From NCBI GenBank assembly GCA_963777955.1, contig CAVZSQ010000022.1, forward strand, positions 512,001 through 576,000: a stretch of DNA of 64,000 nt, given 5' to 3'. Shown here piece by piece: positions 31,163-42,849 of the stretch. Source of the DNA: Calditrichia bacterium. GTDB lineage: Bacteria > Calditrichota > Calditrichia > JAJRVZ01. Each line of letters starts with the position of its first letter. The stretch's first letter is position 1. A program made the translations under genes and the position numbers. The notes under the pieces were generated by a model. That model searched no databases. It saw only the letters and a program-made list of their open reading frames with translations, and was not told the origin of the DNA.

Positions 31163-32377
31163 TTACAAGGTAAGTCCGATTTTATTTCTGGCAATGCTGA
31201 TAACAATTCCGATCATCAACATGTTAGTTAATAAAAAAGATCCGCCATAACTGATAAATGGTAAAGGGAGGCCGGTTACCGGAGCCATACCGATGGTCAT
31301 ACCGATATTAATTACCACATGAAAAAAGATAATGGTCAAAATACCAATGATGACCATACTCTCGAACTGATCACGGACCAGCGCAGCCAGCTGGATCAAC
31401 CGTAAAATTAACAAGGTGAAGAACAGCAGTACGGTTGTGGAACCTAAAAAGCCAAATTCTTCGCCGATCACTGAAAAAATAAAATCGGTATGTTGAGCAG
31501 GCAAAAACCGTAAATGGGTCTGTGAACCATTAAGATAACCTTTGCCGGCGATTCCCCCGGATCCGATAGCCACCTGAGACTGGATTATTTGATATCCTGA
31601 ACCTTTAGGATCTTTTTCCGGATTGATGAAGGTAACGATTCTCTGCTGCTGGTAGGGGCGGAGGTGTCCCCATAAATAAGGGGTAACAATACCGACTGAA
31701 ATATTGAGCAGGAAAACTGCAGCAATGATGACTGGTTTTCTGCGTGAGTAAAAAAGAATAAATAATATCAGCAGCATTAAAATCAGGAAAGTCCAAAAAG
31801 TAAAGGAGGCAATGATAGTCAGAATCGGTGTAAGGATAACAAAAATATTGAACCAATTTAAACCAGCCCAGAATAGCAGCGGTATAATAAGGGCCAGGAA
31901 TACCAGGGAAGTACCGAGATCAGGTTGATTGACAATGAGTAAGGCCGGGACCAAAATTATGCCTGTACCGAGTACGAAATATTTTAAGCGATTCACATCT
32001 GCGTATTTGTCGGATAAAAGTTTACTGACGGCCAGGATCGTAGCGATTTTAGTAAATTCGGATGGTTGTACACGCAGAAAACCAAAACTGAGCCAGCGTT
32101 CTGCCCCCTGTCCGGCTTTGCCGATAAATATTACCAGTACCAGACCCACCAGGGATAATCCGTATAATATATAGGCCAGGCGGTGCAGAGACCGCATCGG
32201 AACAAAACTCATTGTGATCAGAACAATAAGACCCAGTCCCACCCACAGTATCTGTTTGTAAAACAAACCGCTGGTTTCACCGGCTATTGTCTGGGTGGCA
32301 CTGAAGATAACCACGATCCCGATCAGGACCAGCAGCAGCACCAGACCAAATGTTATATAATCATATTTCAATTTCAT
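31163..32377 (-). CDS. rodA: Rod shape-determining SEDS glycosyltransferase
   Basis: Motifs GAERW, QPSEF, QPDLGT, YQIIQS..AIGSGG, HTDFIF and LPFISYGGS. Confidence 0.95.
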   Translation of the reverse strand: MKLKYDYITFGLVLLLVLIGIVVIFSATQTIAGETSGLFYKQILWVGLGLIVLITMSFVPMRSLHRLAYILYGLSLVGLVLVIFIGKAGQGAERWLSFGFLRVQPSEFTKIATILAVSKLLSDKYADVNRLKYFVLGTGIILVPALLIVNQPDLGTSLVFLALIIPLLFWAGLNWFNIFVILTPILTIIASFTFWTFLILMLLILFILFYSRRKPVIIAAVFLLNISVGIVTPYLWGHLRPYQQQRIVTFINPEKDPKGSGYQIIQSQVAIGSGGIAGKGYLNGSQTHLRFLPAQHTDFIFSVIGEEFGFLGSTTVLLFFTLLILRLIQLAALVRDQFESMVIIGILTIIFFHVVINIGMTIGMAPVTGLPLPFISYGGSFLLTNMLMIGIVISIARNKIGLTL

Positions 32378-34239
32378 TGCAAGGAATCCTGTAGGGCGGT
32401 TTCAGTATCCGTAGCATCCCGCTTAATGGGTGTATCTGCTTTTAATGAATCGCTTTTAACCGTATCTCTGGCGGCATGCACTCTGGGTAAAATCTGGTTA
32501 TAAAAGAACTTCTCCAGGCATAAGCCTGCAATGGGTGCGGCAATTGCCCCGCCGCTCCCGCCATTTTCGATCAGCACAGCCATGGCGATTGCGGGATTGT
32601 TGAGCGGAGCAAAGGTTATAAACCAGGCATGGTCATCACCATGCGGATTCTGTGCTGTACCTGTCTTTCCGGCAACCTGGATTCCCCGCACCGCAGCCTG
32701 ACCACCGGTACCCCCGTTGACTACGTTAAACATGGCTGTCCTGATGAATTCAAATGTTTTCTCGGATATACCTTCAACGTGAGTGGTTTTAGTCGGGAAA
32801 TAAATACGGGTGCTATTGACTTTATCATAAAGATAGTCGGTGATGTGGGGAGTATATGCGGTACCTTTATTCGCCAGGATCATGGCAAACTGGGCCATCT
32901 GTAACGGGGTTGTCAATAATTCACCCTGGCCGATGGCCAGATTGGCCAGATTGCCCTTAGTCCAGCCGATGCGACCATAGCGTTTATTAAAATATTCAAC
33001 AGTTGGTACCAGACCTTTAGTCTCATTGGGCAGATCGATTCCGGTGGTCCGGCCAAAAAAGAATTTTTGCGAATATTCGGCCCAGACATCCAGACCAATC
33101 TTAAGTCCTAACTGATAGAAAAATACGTTACAGGAACCGCGAATTGCCTGGGGTAAACTTATGCGTCCGTGACCTTTGGCATTCCAGCATTTGATTACCT
33201 TGTTGCCCAGCCGGAAATATCCGGGACAGTACGCACTCCATTCGGGAGTTACGATATTTTCCTGCAGGGCAGCAATCGCCGCAACCAGTTTATAAGTTGA
33301 ACCGGGAGGATAGGTACTCTGGGTGACCCGGTTAAACAGCGGATGTGCGGGATCGCTCTGCAACTGATTCCAGACCTGCGGCGATATTTTCCCGGCCATA
33401 TCCCGCGGATCAAAATCAGGCTTTGAAACAAAAGCCAGTATCTTGCCGTTGCGGGGATCAATCGCGATAATGGCGCCACGCTTATCCACCATCAGTGACT
33501 CGGCAAATTGCTGGAATGAATAATCCAGAGTAAGAAAAATATCCATCCCGGGAATTGATTCGATATTGCGCTCAGAGTTAATCATACCCAGGTCGCGTCC
33601 CTCCGCATCGACCCCAACAAAATTCACACCTTTGACACCCCGTAAATTCTTATCATAAACAAGTTCCAGACCGGATTTACCGATCATTTCACCCGGCTCG
33701 AAATCACTCCTGCTTTGTGCTTCCCGGGGAGACACTTCACCTACGTAGCCAAAGATATGGGGCGAGTAGACACCGGCCGGATAAAAACGCTTGCTTTCAA
33801 CTTCCACCAGCACGCCCGGCAGGTCAAAACGGTCTTCTTCCAGTTTTATCAAGGTCTGGTAATTGACATCGTGTTCAATAATTACCGGGCGGAAACTGTT
33901 CCGTATTTTTATTTTTTCATTGATACCCGGCAGCGGCATGTCTAATAATTCGGATAACGACACCCGCGTCACATTGGAAAACTGACGCGGAATCGCTGAA
34001 ACCATGAAAGAGGGCCGGTTATCCACCAGTATCCGGCCGGTGCGGTCCCGTATGGTGCCGCGTACCGGATACTGCGTCAATTCCCGGACGCTGTTCTCCA
34101 TGGCAATGCGGTTATATTTTTCCCTGCTGGCGATCTGGATATTAAAAAATCCGTACGATAGCAGAATAAAGGCTAAGAGTACAACGGCATTGAAAATCAG
34201 TTTTTTCTGCTGGATCTGTTGACGGGTGATCTCGGCCAT
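32374..34239 (-). CDS. mrdA: Penicillin-binding protein 2
   Basis: Motifs RGTIRDR, PPGSTYK (SxxK), SCN (SxN) and AGKTGTAQ. Confidence 0.95.
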   Translation of the reverse strand: MAEITRQQIQQKKLIFNAVVLLAFILLSYGFFNIQIASREKYNRIAMENSVRELTQYPVRGTIRDRTGRILVDNRPSFMVSAIPRQFSNVTRVSLSELLDMPLPGINEKIKIRNSFRPVIIEHDVNYQTLIKLEEDRFDLPGVLVEVESKRFYPAGVYSPHIFGYVGEVSPREAQSRSDFEPGEMIGKSGLELVYDKNLRGVKGVNFVGVDAEGRDLGMINSERNIESIPGMDIFLTLDYSFQQFAESLMVDKRGAIIAIDPRNGKILAFVSKPDFDPRDMAGKISPQVWNQLQSDPAHPLFNRVTQSTYPPGSTYKLVAAIAALQENIVTPEWSAYCPGYFRLGNKVIKCWNAKGHGRISLPQAIRGSCNVFFYQLGLKIGLDVWAEYSQKFFFGRTTGIDLPNETKGLVPTVEYFNKRYGRIGWTKGNLANLAIGQGELLTTPLQMAQFAMILANKGTAYTPHITDYLYDKVNSTRIYFPTKTTHVEGISEKTFEFIRTAMFNVVNGGTGGQAAVRGIQVAGKTGTAQNPHGDDHAWFITFAPLNNPAIAMAVLIENGGSGGAIAAPIAGLCLEKFFYNQILPRVHAARDTVKSDSLKADTPIKRDATDTETALQDSLQ

Positions 34240-34242
34240 ATT

Positions 34243-34728
34243 TCATTTCTCTTCCAAACTTGTTCTGAAAAAAATAGACAGAATCAGACCCAGGAGGAAA
34301 GTATAAACCGTATTGGGGAAAACACGGCTGTAAATAAGATGTCCATAGGTCACTTCGGATTTATACTGATAAACCAGATAAAAGATCAATCCATGACCCA
34401 GGATCAACAGCAAAGTGGCTACTATTCTGGCATTGAAGGCCAGTTTAAATTGTTTGACCTGTCCGGCACCAAATCCAATTATACAATTGGCCAGCGAACT
34501 TATACCAATCATTGGACTCACGGAATCCTGAAATATACCTATGATAAAACCAGTAAGTGTACCGGGGATGGCGCCATAGTACAGGCCAACGTAGATGACC
34601 AGCAATAAAATTAAATCCGGTCTCCAGACGCTGATCTCTATGATCGGTATAAAATATAATTGCAGAATAAAGGCGACCAGGCTAAGTAGCAGGATACGCC
34701 AATTGCTGTATCTTTTATCAAGGTGCAT
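34243..34728 (-). CDS. mreD: Rod shape-determining protein MreD
   Basis: Hydrophobic protein with PDLILLLV and GFIIGIFQD, between mreC and mrdA. Confidence 0.88.
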   Translation of the reverse strand: MHLDKRYSNWRILLLSLVAFILQLYFIPIIEISVWRPDLILLLVIYVGLYYGAIPGTLTGFIIGIFQDSVSPMIGISSLANCIIGFGAGQVKQFKLAFNARIVATLLLILGHGLIFYLVYQYKSEVTYGHLIYSRVFPNTVYTFLLGLILSIFFRTSLEEK

Positions 34729-35518
34729 TGCCCGGAACCTCCTTGACAATGAACACCTCTTCCAGGCGATTAAAGTTTACAGCAGGTTGCACGGTGATAT
34801 CCAGGAACAGACCTTCCGTTGCTTTGGAAACATTAATTACCACACCGATTTTGATGTTTCCGGGGAAAATTTTGCTGTAACCGGAGGTAAGCACCACGTC
34901 TCCGGTCAAAACATCTATGGTTTTTGCTACGTACAGTAATTTCAGGTTTACTCCTCCGTCCCAGGCAATCACACCTAGTTCCCGGTTGCGCTGGATCTGG
35001 GCGCTGATCCTGCTGTTGCCGTCAAGTAATATCTGACAGATTGAGTTATACTCATCCACCTGGACAATCTGGCCCACCAGCCCTTCGGCGGTCAGGACCG
35101 CATCCCGTTTTTTGATATTACGATGCAGGCCTTCATTCAGGATAAGCCCGTTAAATATCTGATGAGGATTGAATCCGGTAACTTCGGCAGCAATCAACTG
35201 AAAAGTCGAACGTTCTTTAAACTCCAGCAATTTACGTAAGCGGATATTTTCGAGGAAAGCATCCTGCAATTGCATGTTCTTACCGGCCAGATCCATATTC
35301 TGGCGATGCAAGCGGGTTAGTTCGTCTTTCAGGTCAAAATAAGAATCGATTTTAAAAAAGTAACCGCTGACCAGGCCAACACTGTTGTAAACCAGATACC
35401 GAAAAGGATTGCCCGGATCATGATCGGAATAAATGATTAAGCAAAAGGAGAGAAACAGACAGATAGCCAGTATGAGTGCATCACGAAATCCCCCGATGAA
35501 ATTCAGAAATTTGATCAA
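34718..35518 (-). CDS. mreC: Rod shape-determining protein MreC
   Basis: Motifs ENIRLRKLL, GLVGQI, GDVVLTSG and P..NFNRLEEV. Confidence 0.93.
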   Translation of the reverse strand: MIKFLNFIGGFRDALILAICLFLSFCLIIYSDHDPGNPFRYLVYNSVGLVSGYFFKIDSYFDLKDELTRLHRQNMDLAGKNMQLQDAFLENIRLRKLLEFKERSTFQLIAAEVTGFNPHQIFNGLILNEGLHRNIKKRDAVLTAEGLVGQIVQVDEYNSICQILLDGNSRISAQIQRNRELGVIAWDGGVNLKLLYVAKTIDVLTGDVVLTSGYSKIFPGNIKIGVVINVSKATEGLFLDITVQPAVNFNRLEEVFIVKEVPGNAP

Positions 35519-35546
35519 GCTGCTCTACTCACGGGTTATGAATTAC

Positions 35547-36578
35547 TCAGGTGCGCCGTTGTTTCAGTAATACTTTTTCGTATATCTCAAAGTTTTCCAG
35601 AATTTTGCCGCAGCCACGTACCACGCAGGTCAGGGGATCTTCAGCGATATGTATGGGCAGCGAAGTATCTTCACGCATCCGCGCATCAAGATTTTTTAAC
35701 AAGGCCCCGCCGCCGGTTAAAACAATACCACGATCCAGAATATCCGAGGCGAGTTCGGGGGGTGTACGTTCCAGTGATAGTTTTACTGCTTCAATGATGG
35801 TTTGGATGCATTCATCCAGAGCTTCGCGGATCTCCACCGAGGTTATTTCGATTGTCTTGGGAATACCATCCACCAGGTCCCGTCCTTTTACTTCTGTTTT
35901 TATTTCTTCGGCCAAAGGCATGGCAGAACCGATAGTGCATTTAATCAGTTCGGCAGTCTTCTCACCGATCAACAGGTTATAATTCTTTTTAAAGAACTGC
36001 ATGATCGCCTGGTTCATCTCATCACCAGCGACACGAATCGAGGCATGTTCCACAATGCCGTTCAGTGAAATCACGGCGATCTCGGAAGTACCGCCGCCGA
36101 TATCGACAATCATGTTTCCAATCGGGGCGCTGATATCGAGACCCACACCGATTGCCGAGGCCATGGCTTCGGCGACCAGATGAACTTCACGTGCTCCGGC
36201 GCGTTCCGCCGAATCCCGCACGGCCCGCTTTTCGACTTCGGTAATGCCGGAAGGAACATCGATGACGATTCGGCCGATGAACATCCGGTTTATATTAGCT
36301 TTCTTGATCAATTCACGGATCATGATTTCGGTGGCTTCAAAATCAGCAATAACCCCATCCTTCAGAGGACGAATAGTAACGATGTTTTTATGAGTCCGTC
36401 CCAGCATCTCCCGTGCTTCATTTCCGATAGCCACCACTTTGTCGGTTTCCCCTTCCAGGGCAATAATCGAAGGTTCGTTGACCACGATTCCTTTACCGGT
36501 AACATAAATCAGGGAATTAGCGGTTCCCAGATCGATACCGAGATCAGTCGATAACAGGTTGAGAAATTTAAAAGACAT
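35547..36578 (-). CDS. mreB: Actin-like MreB
   Basis: Motifs IDLGTAN, RPLKDGVIADF, VDIGGGT and LTGGGALL. Confidence 0.97.
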   Translation of the reverse strand: MSFKFLNLLSTDLGIDLGTANSLIYVTGKGIVVNEPSIIALEGETDKVVAIGNEAREMLGRTHKNIVTIRPLKDGVIADFEATEIMIRELIKKANINRMFIGRIVIDVPSGITEVEKRAVRDSAERAGAREVHLVAEAMASAIGVGLDISAPIGNMIVDIGGGTSEIAVISLNGIVEHASIRVAGDEMNQAIMQFFKKNYNLLIGEKTAELIKCTIGSAMPLAEEIKTEVKGRDLVDGIPKTIEITSVEIREALDECIQTIIEAVKLSLERTPPELASDILDRGIVLTGGGALLKNLDARMREDTSLPIHIAEDPLTCVVRGCGKILENFEIYEKVLLKQRRT

Positions 36579-36604
36579 AATTTTATTCTCCGCGATATAA
36601 TATT

Positions 36605-38156
36605 TTAATGTTTAAAATGCCGGACACCGGTAAAGACCATGGCCAGCTGGTGCTCATCAGCAGCCTGAATAACTTCCGGATCCCGCACTGAGCCCCCGGG
36701 CTGGGCAATGGCGGTGACGCCTGCTGCTGCCAGTGTATCCAGGCCGTCACGGAATGGAAAATATGCATCGGATCCAGCTACCGTTCCCCGCGTATCATGA
36801 TTTTCTTTTTTTGCTTTAGTGATAGCTAATTCGGCAGAGTCAACTCTGGACATCTGCCCGGCACCGACCCCGATCATCTGTTGTCCCTTGACCAGAACAA
36901 TGGCATTGGAATGGACATGCTTGGTCATGGTCCAGGCAAATTGCAGTGATTTCCATTCCTCTTTATTCGGTGCTCTTTTAGTCACGACTTTAGCCTGGTT
37001 TATATCAAAATTAACATTATCAAAAGATTGGAGCAGGAATCCCTCACGTACCGTACGCAGTTGCAATTTTGATTCGGCCGATAATCCCGGAGTATAGCGG
37101 ATCAGGCGCAGATTTTTCTTTTTGGTCAATAGAACCAGTGCTTCCTGATCGAATTCCGGTGCCAGAATACATTCCAGGAATGGTCCGGCTAATTCTTTGG
37201 CCAGCAGGGCATCAACCGGACGATTGAATCCAACGATTCCTCCGAAAGCAGAAACGGGATCGGAAGCAAATGCTTTTTTATAACTGTTCAGCAGTGAATC
37301 CGCCATGGCGGCACCGCAGGGATTATTATGCTTGATAATTACGGTTGCCGGTTCCTGCAATTCTTCGATCATATTCAGGACCGCATCCAGATCAAGAATA
37401 TTATTGTAAGATAATTCTTTACCGTGTAATTGCTCAAAATTATTCAAGGCTTTATTTCTGGCGGAACCATAGAAAGCAGCCTGTTGATGCGGATTTTCAC
37501 CGTAGCGTAAATCCTGCAACTTGATACCCTGAATGGTGATTTCCCGGGGAAAGGACTCAGCGTTTTTCTGCTGCTGGCGAAGATATCCGGCAATCAGGGA
37601 ATCATAACGAGAGACATGCTGAAAAACCCGCAGGGCGCACCGGGCCCGGAACTCGGCAGAGGTGTCCAGGTCATGCAGTATCCATTTCTTTGATCAAGTC
37701 AGCATACTGATCGGGATCAACCACAACCGTCGTATCGGCATGATTTTTCGCAGCAGCCCGTAATAAGGATGGACCGCCGATATCGATTTTTTCGATCGCC
37801 TGGGCCAGGGTGCAGCCCGGCTGACTGACCGTATCTTCGAAAGGATATAAATTTACCACGACCAGATCGATTGGGATTATTTGTTGTTTCTGCAGTTGGG
37901 CCAGATGTTCCGGAATCCGTTTGGCCAGGATTCCGGCGAAGATGACAGGATGCAGTGTTTTAACCCGGCCATCCAGAATCTCCGGGAATCCGGTCAGGTC
38001 GGAGATAGGCCTGGATTCTATCTGATTATCCTCCAGAATTTTCTGGGTGCCGCCGGATGAAATCAGTTCGACACCCCGCTGGCGCAAGGCCTGAGCGAGT
38101 TCGATGAGACCTTCTTTATTATATACGCTCAGTAATGCACGTTTAATTTTGGCCAC
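36605..38156 (-). CDS. purH: Bifunctional AICAR transformylase / IMP cyclohydrolase (one extra base near 37680)
   Basis: [17 protein letters not shown] and [15 protein letters not shown]; after the shift [28 protein letters not shown] and VRHFKH. Confidence 0.94.
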
Positions 38157-38790
38157 TTGTTTCTTCTCCTATGATGTGGATGCGCAGTCCCTGAATGCTC
38201 AGCCTGTCTTCGACCAGCAGTTTTACCGCTTGTGCATAAATTTTATGTTCAATTTCAAGTACCCTGGCTGCAATTTCATCCGCGGAATTAAGGTCATCAA
38301 TGGCCACGCACTGTTGCAAAACGATCGGTCCGGCATCGTATTCACTGTTGACCAGATGCACGGTAACTCCGCTGACCCTCGCTCCGCTCTCGAGCACTGC
38401 CTGATGAACGTGATGTCCATACATACCTTTCCCGCCGAAAGCGGGCAGCAAAGCCGGATGAATATTGATAATCCGGTTGGGATAGGCAGCAATGATCTGC
38501 CTGCCGATCAATTTCAGGTATCCGGCCAGAACAATATAATCCACTTTGGCAGATAACAATTCCTTTAAAATAGCATCATTAAAGCCCGTGCTATCAGGGA
38601 AGTTTTTCGGTACAATGATACAGACAGGGATATGATTCGATTTGGCAATATCTATCACCCCGGCAGCAGGATTATTGGTAAGGCATAACACGACATCTGC
38701 TGGTATGAAACCACTTTGAATATGATCCAGAATCGCCCGAAAATTACTCCCGCGTCCAGAAGCAAAAACCGCTAATCGTTTCTTCTCCAT
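38143..38790 (-). CDS. purN: Phosphoribosylglycinamide formyltransferase
   Basis: Motifs ASGRGSN, LAGY, INIHPALLP and GVTVH..YDAGP. Confidence 0.96.
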   Translation of the reverse strand: MEKKRLAVFASGRGSNFRAILDHIQSGFIPADVVLCLTNNPAAGVIDIAKSNHIPVCIIVPKNFPDSTGFNDAILKELLSAKVDYIVLAGYLKLIGRQIIAAYPNRIINIHPALLPAFGGKGMYGHHVHQAVLESGARVSGVTVHLVNSEYDAGPIVLQQCVAIDDLNSADEIAARVLEIEHKIYAQAVKLLVEDRLSIQGLRIHIIGEETSGQN

Positions 38791-38907
38791 CTACACTCAT
38801 TAAATAAGTTCTTAATTTAATTTACTTTATGAATTCATACAATAGAAAATTGGTCCAGTCGATTTAAAAATAATTAAAGTCCTGATTCGCCGGCAGGCGG
38901 GTTTGAA

Positions 38908-39843
38908 TCATGTCACTGAAACTGAAAACTCAAACGGATTAGCCAGCGATAATTTTGTCGCGGATGTATCCAGTGCAGCTGCCACGCCCAGCGGCATGGT
39001 AAATATGTCATCTCCGTGCCCGTAAGGAAAATCAAGGAGTACCGGAAAGCCGGCTTTGGCAAAATAGTGTTCAAATATTTCCAGCAGTGAGAAAGAGACC
39101 TCGTCCTGAGCAGGTTTGCAATCGAGGAATTCTCCCAGGATTAAACCGCTTATTTGCTCGAAAACGCCTGCCTGCTGCAGATGAGCCAGATAACGGTCGA
39201 TGCGGTATGGTTTTTCTCCGGTATCTTCGAGGAACAGAATCGCTCCATGATAATCGGGACTGTACGGCGTGCCCAGCAGTGTGGTTACCAGAGCAAGACA
39301 TCCGCCCAATAACCTGCCTGTGGCCTGGCCTGGTTTAAAGACAACAGTTTTAGAAGTGGAGAAATCAAAATCATATTCCGGTCCGGTATTCAGCAATTGA
39401 GCCCAAAAATGTTGTTCAGTGAATGGGGAGATACCTTTGCCCATCTCGACAGCCAGCATCGGTCCGGAGAATGATGGTACAGCTGCCCTGGCCCAAATAG
39501 CCAGTTGTAAGGTAGTGATATCACTGTACCCGATCAGCGGTTTTGCATTTTCGCGGATCAGATTGTAGTTCAATCGGTCGACCAGGCGTAGTCCACCCCA
39601 GCCGCCGCGGGTACACAGGATCAGATCCACGTCGCGGTCACGGTACATCGCGTGCAGATCCGTCAGCCGTTCTTCGTCTGTACCGGCAAAATAACCGTGC
39701 GGCTTGCACAGATATTGTCCTGGTTTTATTCTGAAATCCCGTTGCTGCAAATATTCGATGCCACTTTGTAAACGCTCGGCCCTGGGGGAATAGGCGGGTG
39801 AGACGATGCCAAAGGTAGCCTGACTGGATAATCTGCGAAACAT
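38908..39843 (-). CDS. ldcA: LD-carboxypeptidase (peptidase S66)
   Basis: Motifs RGGWG, IGYSDIT, LFLEDTGE and YGHG. Confidence 0.9.
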   Translation of the reverse strand: MFRRLSSQATFGIVSPAYSPRAERLQSGIEYLQQRDFRIKPGQYLCKPHGYFAGTDEERLTDLHAMYRDRDVDLILCTRGGWGGLRLVDRLNYNLIRENAKPLIGYSDITTLQLAIWARAAVPSFSGPMLAVEMGKGISPFTEQHFWAQLLNTGPEYDFDFSTSKTVVFKPGQATGRLLGGCLALVTTLLGTPYSPDYHGAILFLEDTGEKPYRIDRYLAHLQQAGVFEQISGLILGEFLDCKPAQDEVSFSLLEIFEHYFAKAGFPVLLDFPYGHGDDIFTMPLGVAAALDTSATKLSLANPFEFSVSVT

Positions 39844-40097
39844 ACAGTATTGCTCCCGGAATCAGTAAGACCAGACCGGCAAGAGAACCGGCGTCATTTA
39901 AATAATTTATTTTTAAATTCTAGGTAACTGTCGATAAATATAATACTAATTATTTCAGGATCAAAAATAGAAATCGGTCGTATATTTCGCGGAATACCGG
40001 AGTATAAAACAGTGTTTACATAATTGGGTCGAATGGCGGATGGCGGATATAATGTAACATACCTCAGGCTGACCCTTATAAAGGCAGGGATTGATCA

Positions 40098-40748
40098 ATG
40101 AAAATCGGAATTATCGGTGCCGGAAATATCGGGGGAACGTTAGGTACTCTGTGGCTAAGCAGGGGACATAATGTGCTTTTCGGAGTTCGTGATAAAAATA
40201 ATCCAAAAGTGCAGGCAATTCTGAATTCACCGGACCGTCAGGTGCGCGAAGCGCACGAAGCGCGCCTGGGCTCGGTCAGCGAGGCTTGTGATTTCGGAAC
40301 AGTAATTCTTTTAGCCGTACCCTGGCCGGCGGTAGCAGAAGTCCTCCGGGCGGCACCTGATCTGCAGAATAAGATTCTGATTGATTGCACCAATCCGCTT
40401 GGCCCGGGATTGAGCGGCCTGGCTATCGGTTTCAGCACTTCAGCAGCTGAGGAAATTGCCCGGATGGCCAGAGGGGCCAGGGTAGTGAAGGCCTTCAATA
40501 CCCTGGGATCAGGAAATTTAAATGATTTATCTTTTGGTTCCCTGCAGGCTGATACCTTCATCTGCGGCGACGATAGCGAGGCAAAAAATATTGTAAAAAA
40601 ATTGGCCGAAGATATCGGATTCAATGTGGTGGATAGCGGCCCGCTGACCCAGGCCCGTTTGCTGGAACCGCTGGCCATGCTCTGGATCTCCCTGGCCTAT
40701 CGCTATGGGTATGGACCTGATATCGCGATCAAGTTGTTGAAACGATAA
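40098..40748 (+). CDS. NADP oxidoreductase, F420-dependent family (F420_oxidored)
   Basis: Motifs GAGNIG, ILLAVPW, IDCTNP, VVKAFNT and CGDD. Confidence 0.85.
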   Translation: MKIGIIGAGNIGGTLGTLWLSRGHNVLFGVRDKNNPKVQAILNSPDRQVREAHEARLGSVSEACDFGTVILLAVPWPAVAEVLRAAPDLQNKILIDCTNPLGPGLSGLAIGFSTSAAEEIARMARGARVVKAFNTLGSGNLNDLSFGSLQADTFICGDDSEAKNIVKKLAEDIGFNVVDSGPLTQARLLEPLAMLWISLAYRYGYGPDIAIKLLKR

Positions 40749-40800
40749 GCGCAGTAAAATAACAGCTGGCGCAACAGAACATGCAACACACGGCGGAATA

Positions 40801-42019
40801 ATGATCTATAGAATGATAGCATTTTTTATAATATTTACACTGGTCATTGCGCTGATCTATTTTTATATCTATCGCAGGTTGATTAAACCGCTGCAAATTC
40901 CCCGGAACTATAAACGGCTATTATGGATCTATATGTTGTTGACGCCCCTGTTGACCCCTCTTCCTTTTATATTACGATCGGGTGTGCTGGACAGAGACTG
41001 GGCGGGGGGTATGGCCTGGTTCGTCTATATCAACCTGGGATTTTTCTCTCTGGTTCTGGTACTGCTGGTCATGCGTGATCTGGGCCTCGGCCTTCATTCC
41101 CTCTATAAATACCTGACCGCGTGGTGGTCCGCAAAGCGAAAAAATAATTCTGTCGCCAGGCCAACCCCGGCATACAGTCCTGCGCGCCGCCAGTTCCTGA
41201 TGAACTCGGTAAATCTGGGAATTTTCGGGACGGCCGCGATCCTGAGCGGTTATGGATTGTATGAAGCCCGGCGCCGGCCTGTTTTGGAGGAGATCGAAGT
41301 ACCCATTGTCAATCTGCCCGCGGAATTCCTTAATTTCAGAATTGCTCAGTTCAGCGATGTTCATGTTGGTCCAACGATTAAACGCCGTTTTGTCGAATCG
41401 GTAGTGAATCAAATAAATCAACTGCAGCCCGATCTGATCGTCTGCACCGGCGATATGGTGGATGGCACGGTGGCGGAGTTAAGAAATGATGTTGAAGCCG
41501 CTCAAAGACCTGGACGCGCCCAGGGGAGTATTTTTTATTACCGGTAATCATGAATATTATTCCGGCGTCGAACCATGGCTCGACGAAATGCAACGGTTAG
41601 GCCTGACTGTTTTGCTCAATGACCACCGCTTGCTGGAGCAGCAAAACAGTAAAATCGTTATTGCCGGTGTTACTGATTATTCAGCGGGTCAATTTATACC
41701 CGCTCATGCTTCTGATCCGCACAAGGCAATACAGGGAGCCGAAGCGGTACCGGTGAAAATTCTACTGGCCCATCAGCCGCGGAATATCTTTGCCGCTGCC
41801 TCGGCGGGATATGATCTGCAAATCTCCGGACATACGCACGGGGGGCAATACCTGCCCTGGAAATATCTGGTGACGCTCAACCAGCCTTATATTGCCGGAC
41901 TGCATCGCCATGAGCATACCTGGATTTATGTCAATCGCGGTACCGGTTACTGGGGTCCGCCGTTACGTCTGGGTGTGCCTTCAGAAATAACTCTTTTCAA
42001 ACTTGTATCTGCTACATGA
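40801..42019 (+). CDS. Membrane-anchored metallophosphoesterase (YkuE/YaeI-like; extra base near 41497)
   Basis: N-terminal TMs and an internal RRQFL; SDVH and GDMVD, then GNHE, LLAHQP and GHTHGGQ after the shift. Confidence 0.88.
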
Positions 42020-42093
42020 TATTTTTATATACTCGACGATAATATTTTCGTAATTTCATTCGCAGTTAGTTCAAACTCATCCTGAAATGTTCC

Positions 42094-42849
42094 ATGAACA
42101 AGAACATTCTAATAATAATAGCACTGGTGGTGCTGGTAACTGCCGCAGGATTGCTGTATCAGCAGCCCTGCGGTTGGTTTAATATTTTCAGGGCAACTGC
42201 TCCCGACTATGGTCCGTCGACAATTTTGATTGAAAAAGCAGATCGTTTTATCCGGCAGGACCGGCTGGATTCGGCCGGCCATTATCTGGATCAGATCATT
42301 GCCCCGGGCAATGATTCTATAATCAGTTCCCGCTTGCTGGATACGGCTCAGGCCTTGCGCTGGCAAATCAGACAAATCGGTATGCTCGATACCGGGAACC
42401 TATATATCGGAGTTTTATTAAATATGGCCGACCAGGAATATGAGGATTTTTTAAATCGAAAATTTCAAAAAAAATATCTCGGTCATCCCGAATTAAATAA
42501 ACTGTTTTTAAAAAAATTGTACTCAAAAAATCAAAACTGGGATCAGGCCGGCAGCGGATCAGAAACTCCGGCGGCAGGTTCAACTCCGGACGAAACAGCG
42601 CAAGCCATAAACCTGCGCAAAGAATTTGCCGGGACAATAAAGAATTCATTTTCAACTTTAGGGTTTGACATTGCCGTCGAGATAACCGGAATAAACAATA
42701 CCAAATTGATCTTATCCGCAGCCGAGTTCGATGACAGTTGGTTTGAAAAATTTGAAAGCGACTCGGCCATGGCGGATTGGCATAATCTGGGATTCCAGCA
42801 GATCGAAATCAGGGGTGATTCGGGTTATTTTAAAGTCAAGACCTGGTGA
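42094..42849 (+). CDS. Hypothetical membrane-anchored or exported protein
   Basis: 251-aa ORF with an N-terminal hydrophobic anchor; no family recognised. Confidence 0.7.
   Translation: MNKNILIIIALVVLVTAAGLLYQQPCGWFNIFRATAPDYGPSTILIEKADRFIRQDRLDSAGHYLDQIIAPGNDSIISSRLLDTAQALRWQIRQIGMLDTGNLYIGVLLNMADQEYEDFLNRKFQKKYLGHPELNKLFLKKLYSKNQNWDQAGSGSETPAAGSTPDETAQAINLRKEFAGTIKNSFSTLGFDIAVEITGINNTKLILSAAEFDDSWFEKFESDSAMADWHNLGFQQIEIRGDSGYFKVKTW

Noticed and set aside
37671..37673. TGA in purH as selenocysteine or stop read-through
   Set aside because: The downstream PurH sequence is in a different frame, so read-through would not restore it; removing one base does.
40098..40748. Evidence of F420 metabolism
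   Set aside because: This family is widespread in bacteria lacking F420, and no F420 biosynthesis genes are in the window.
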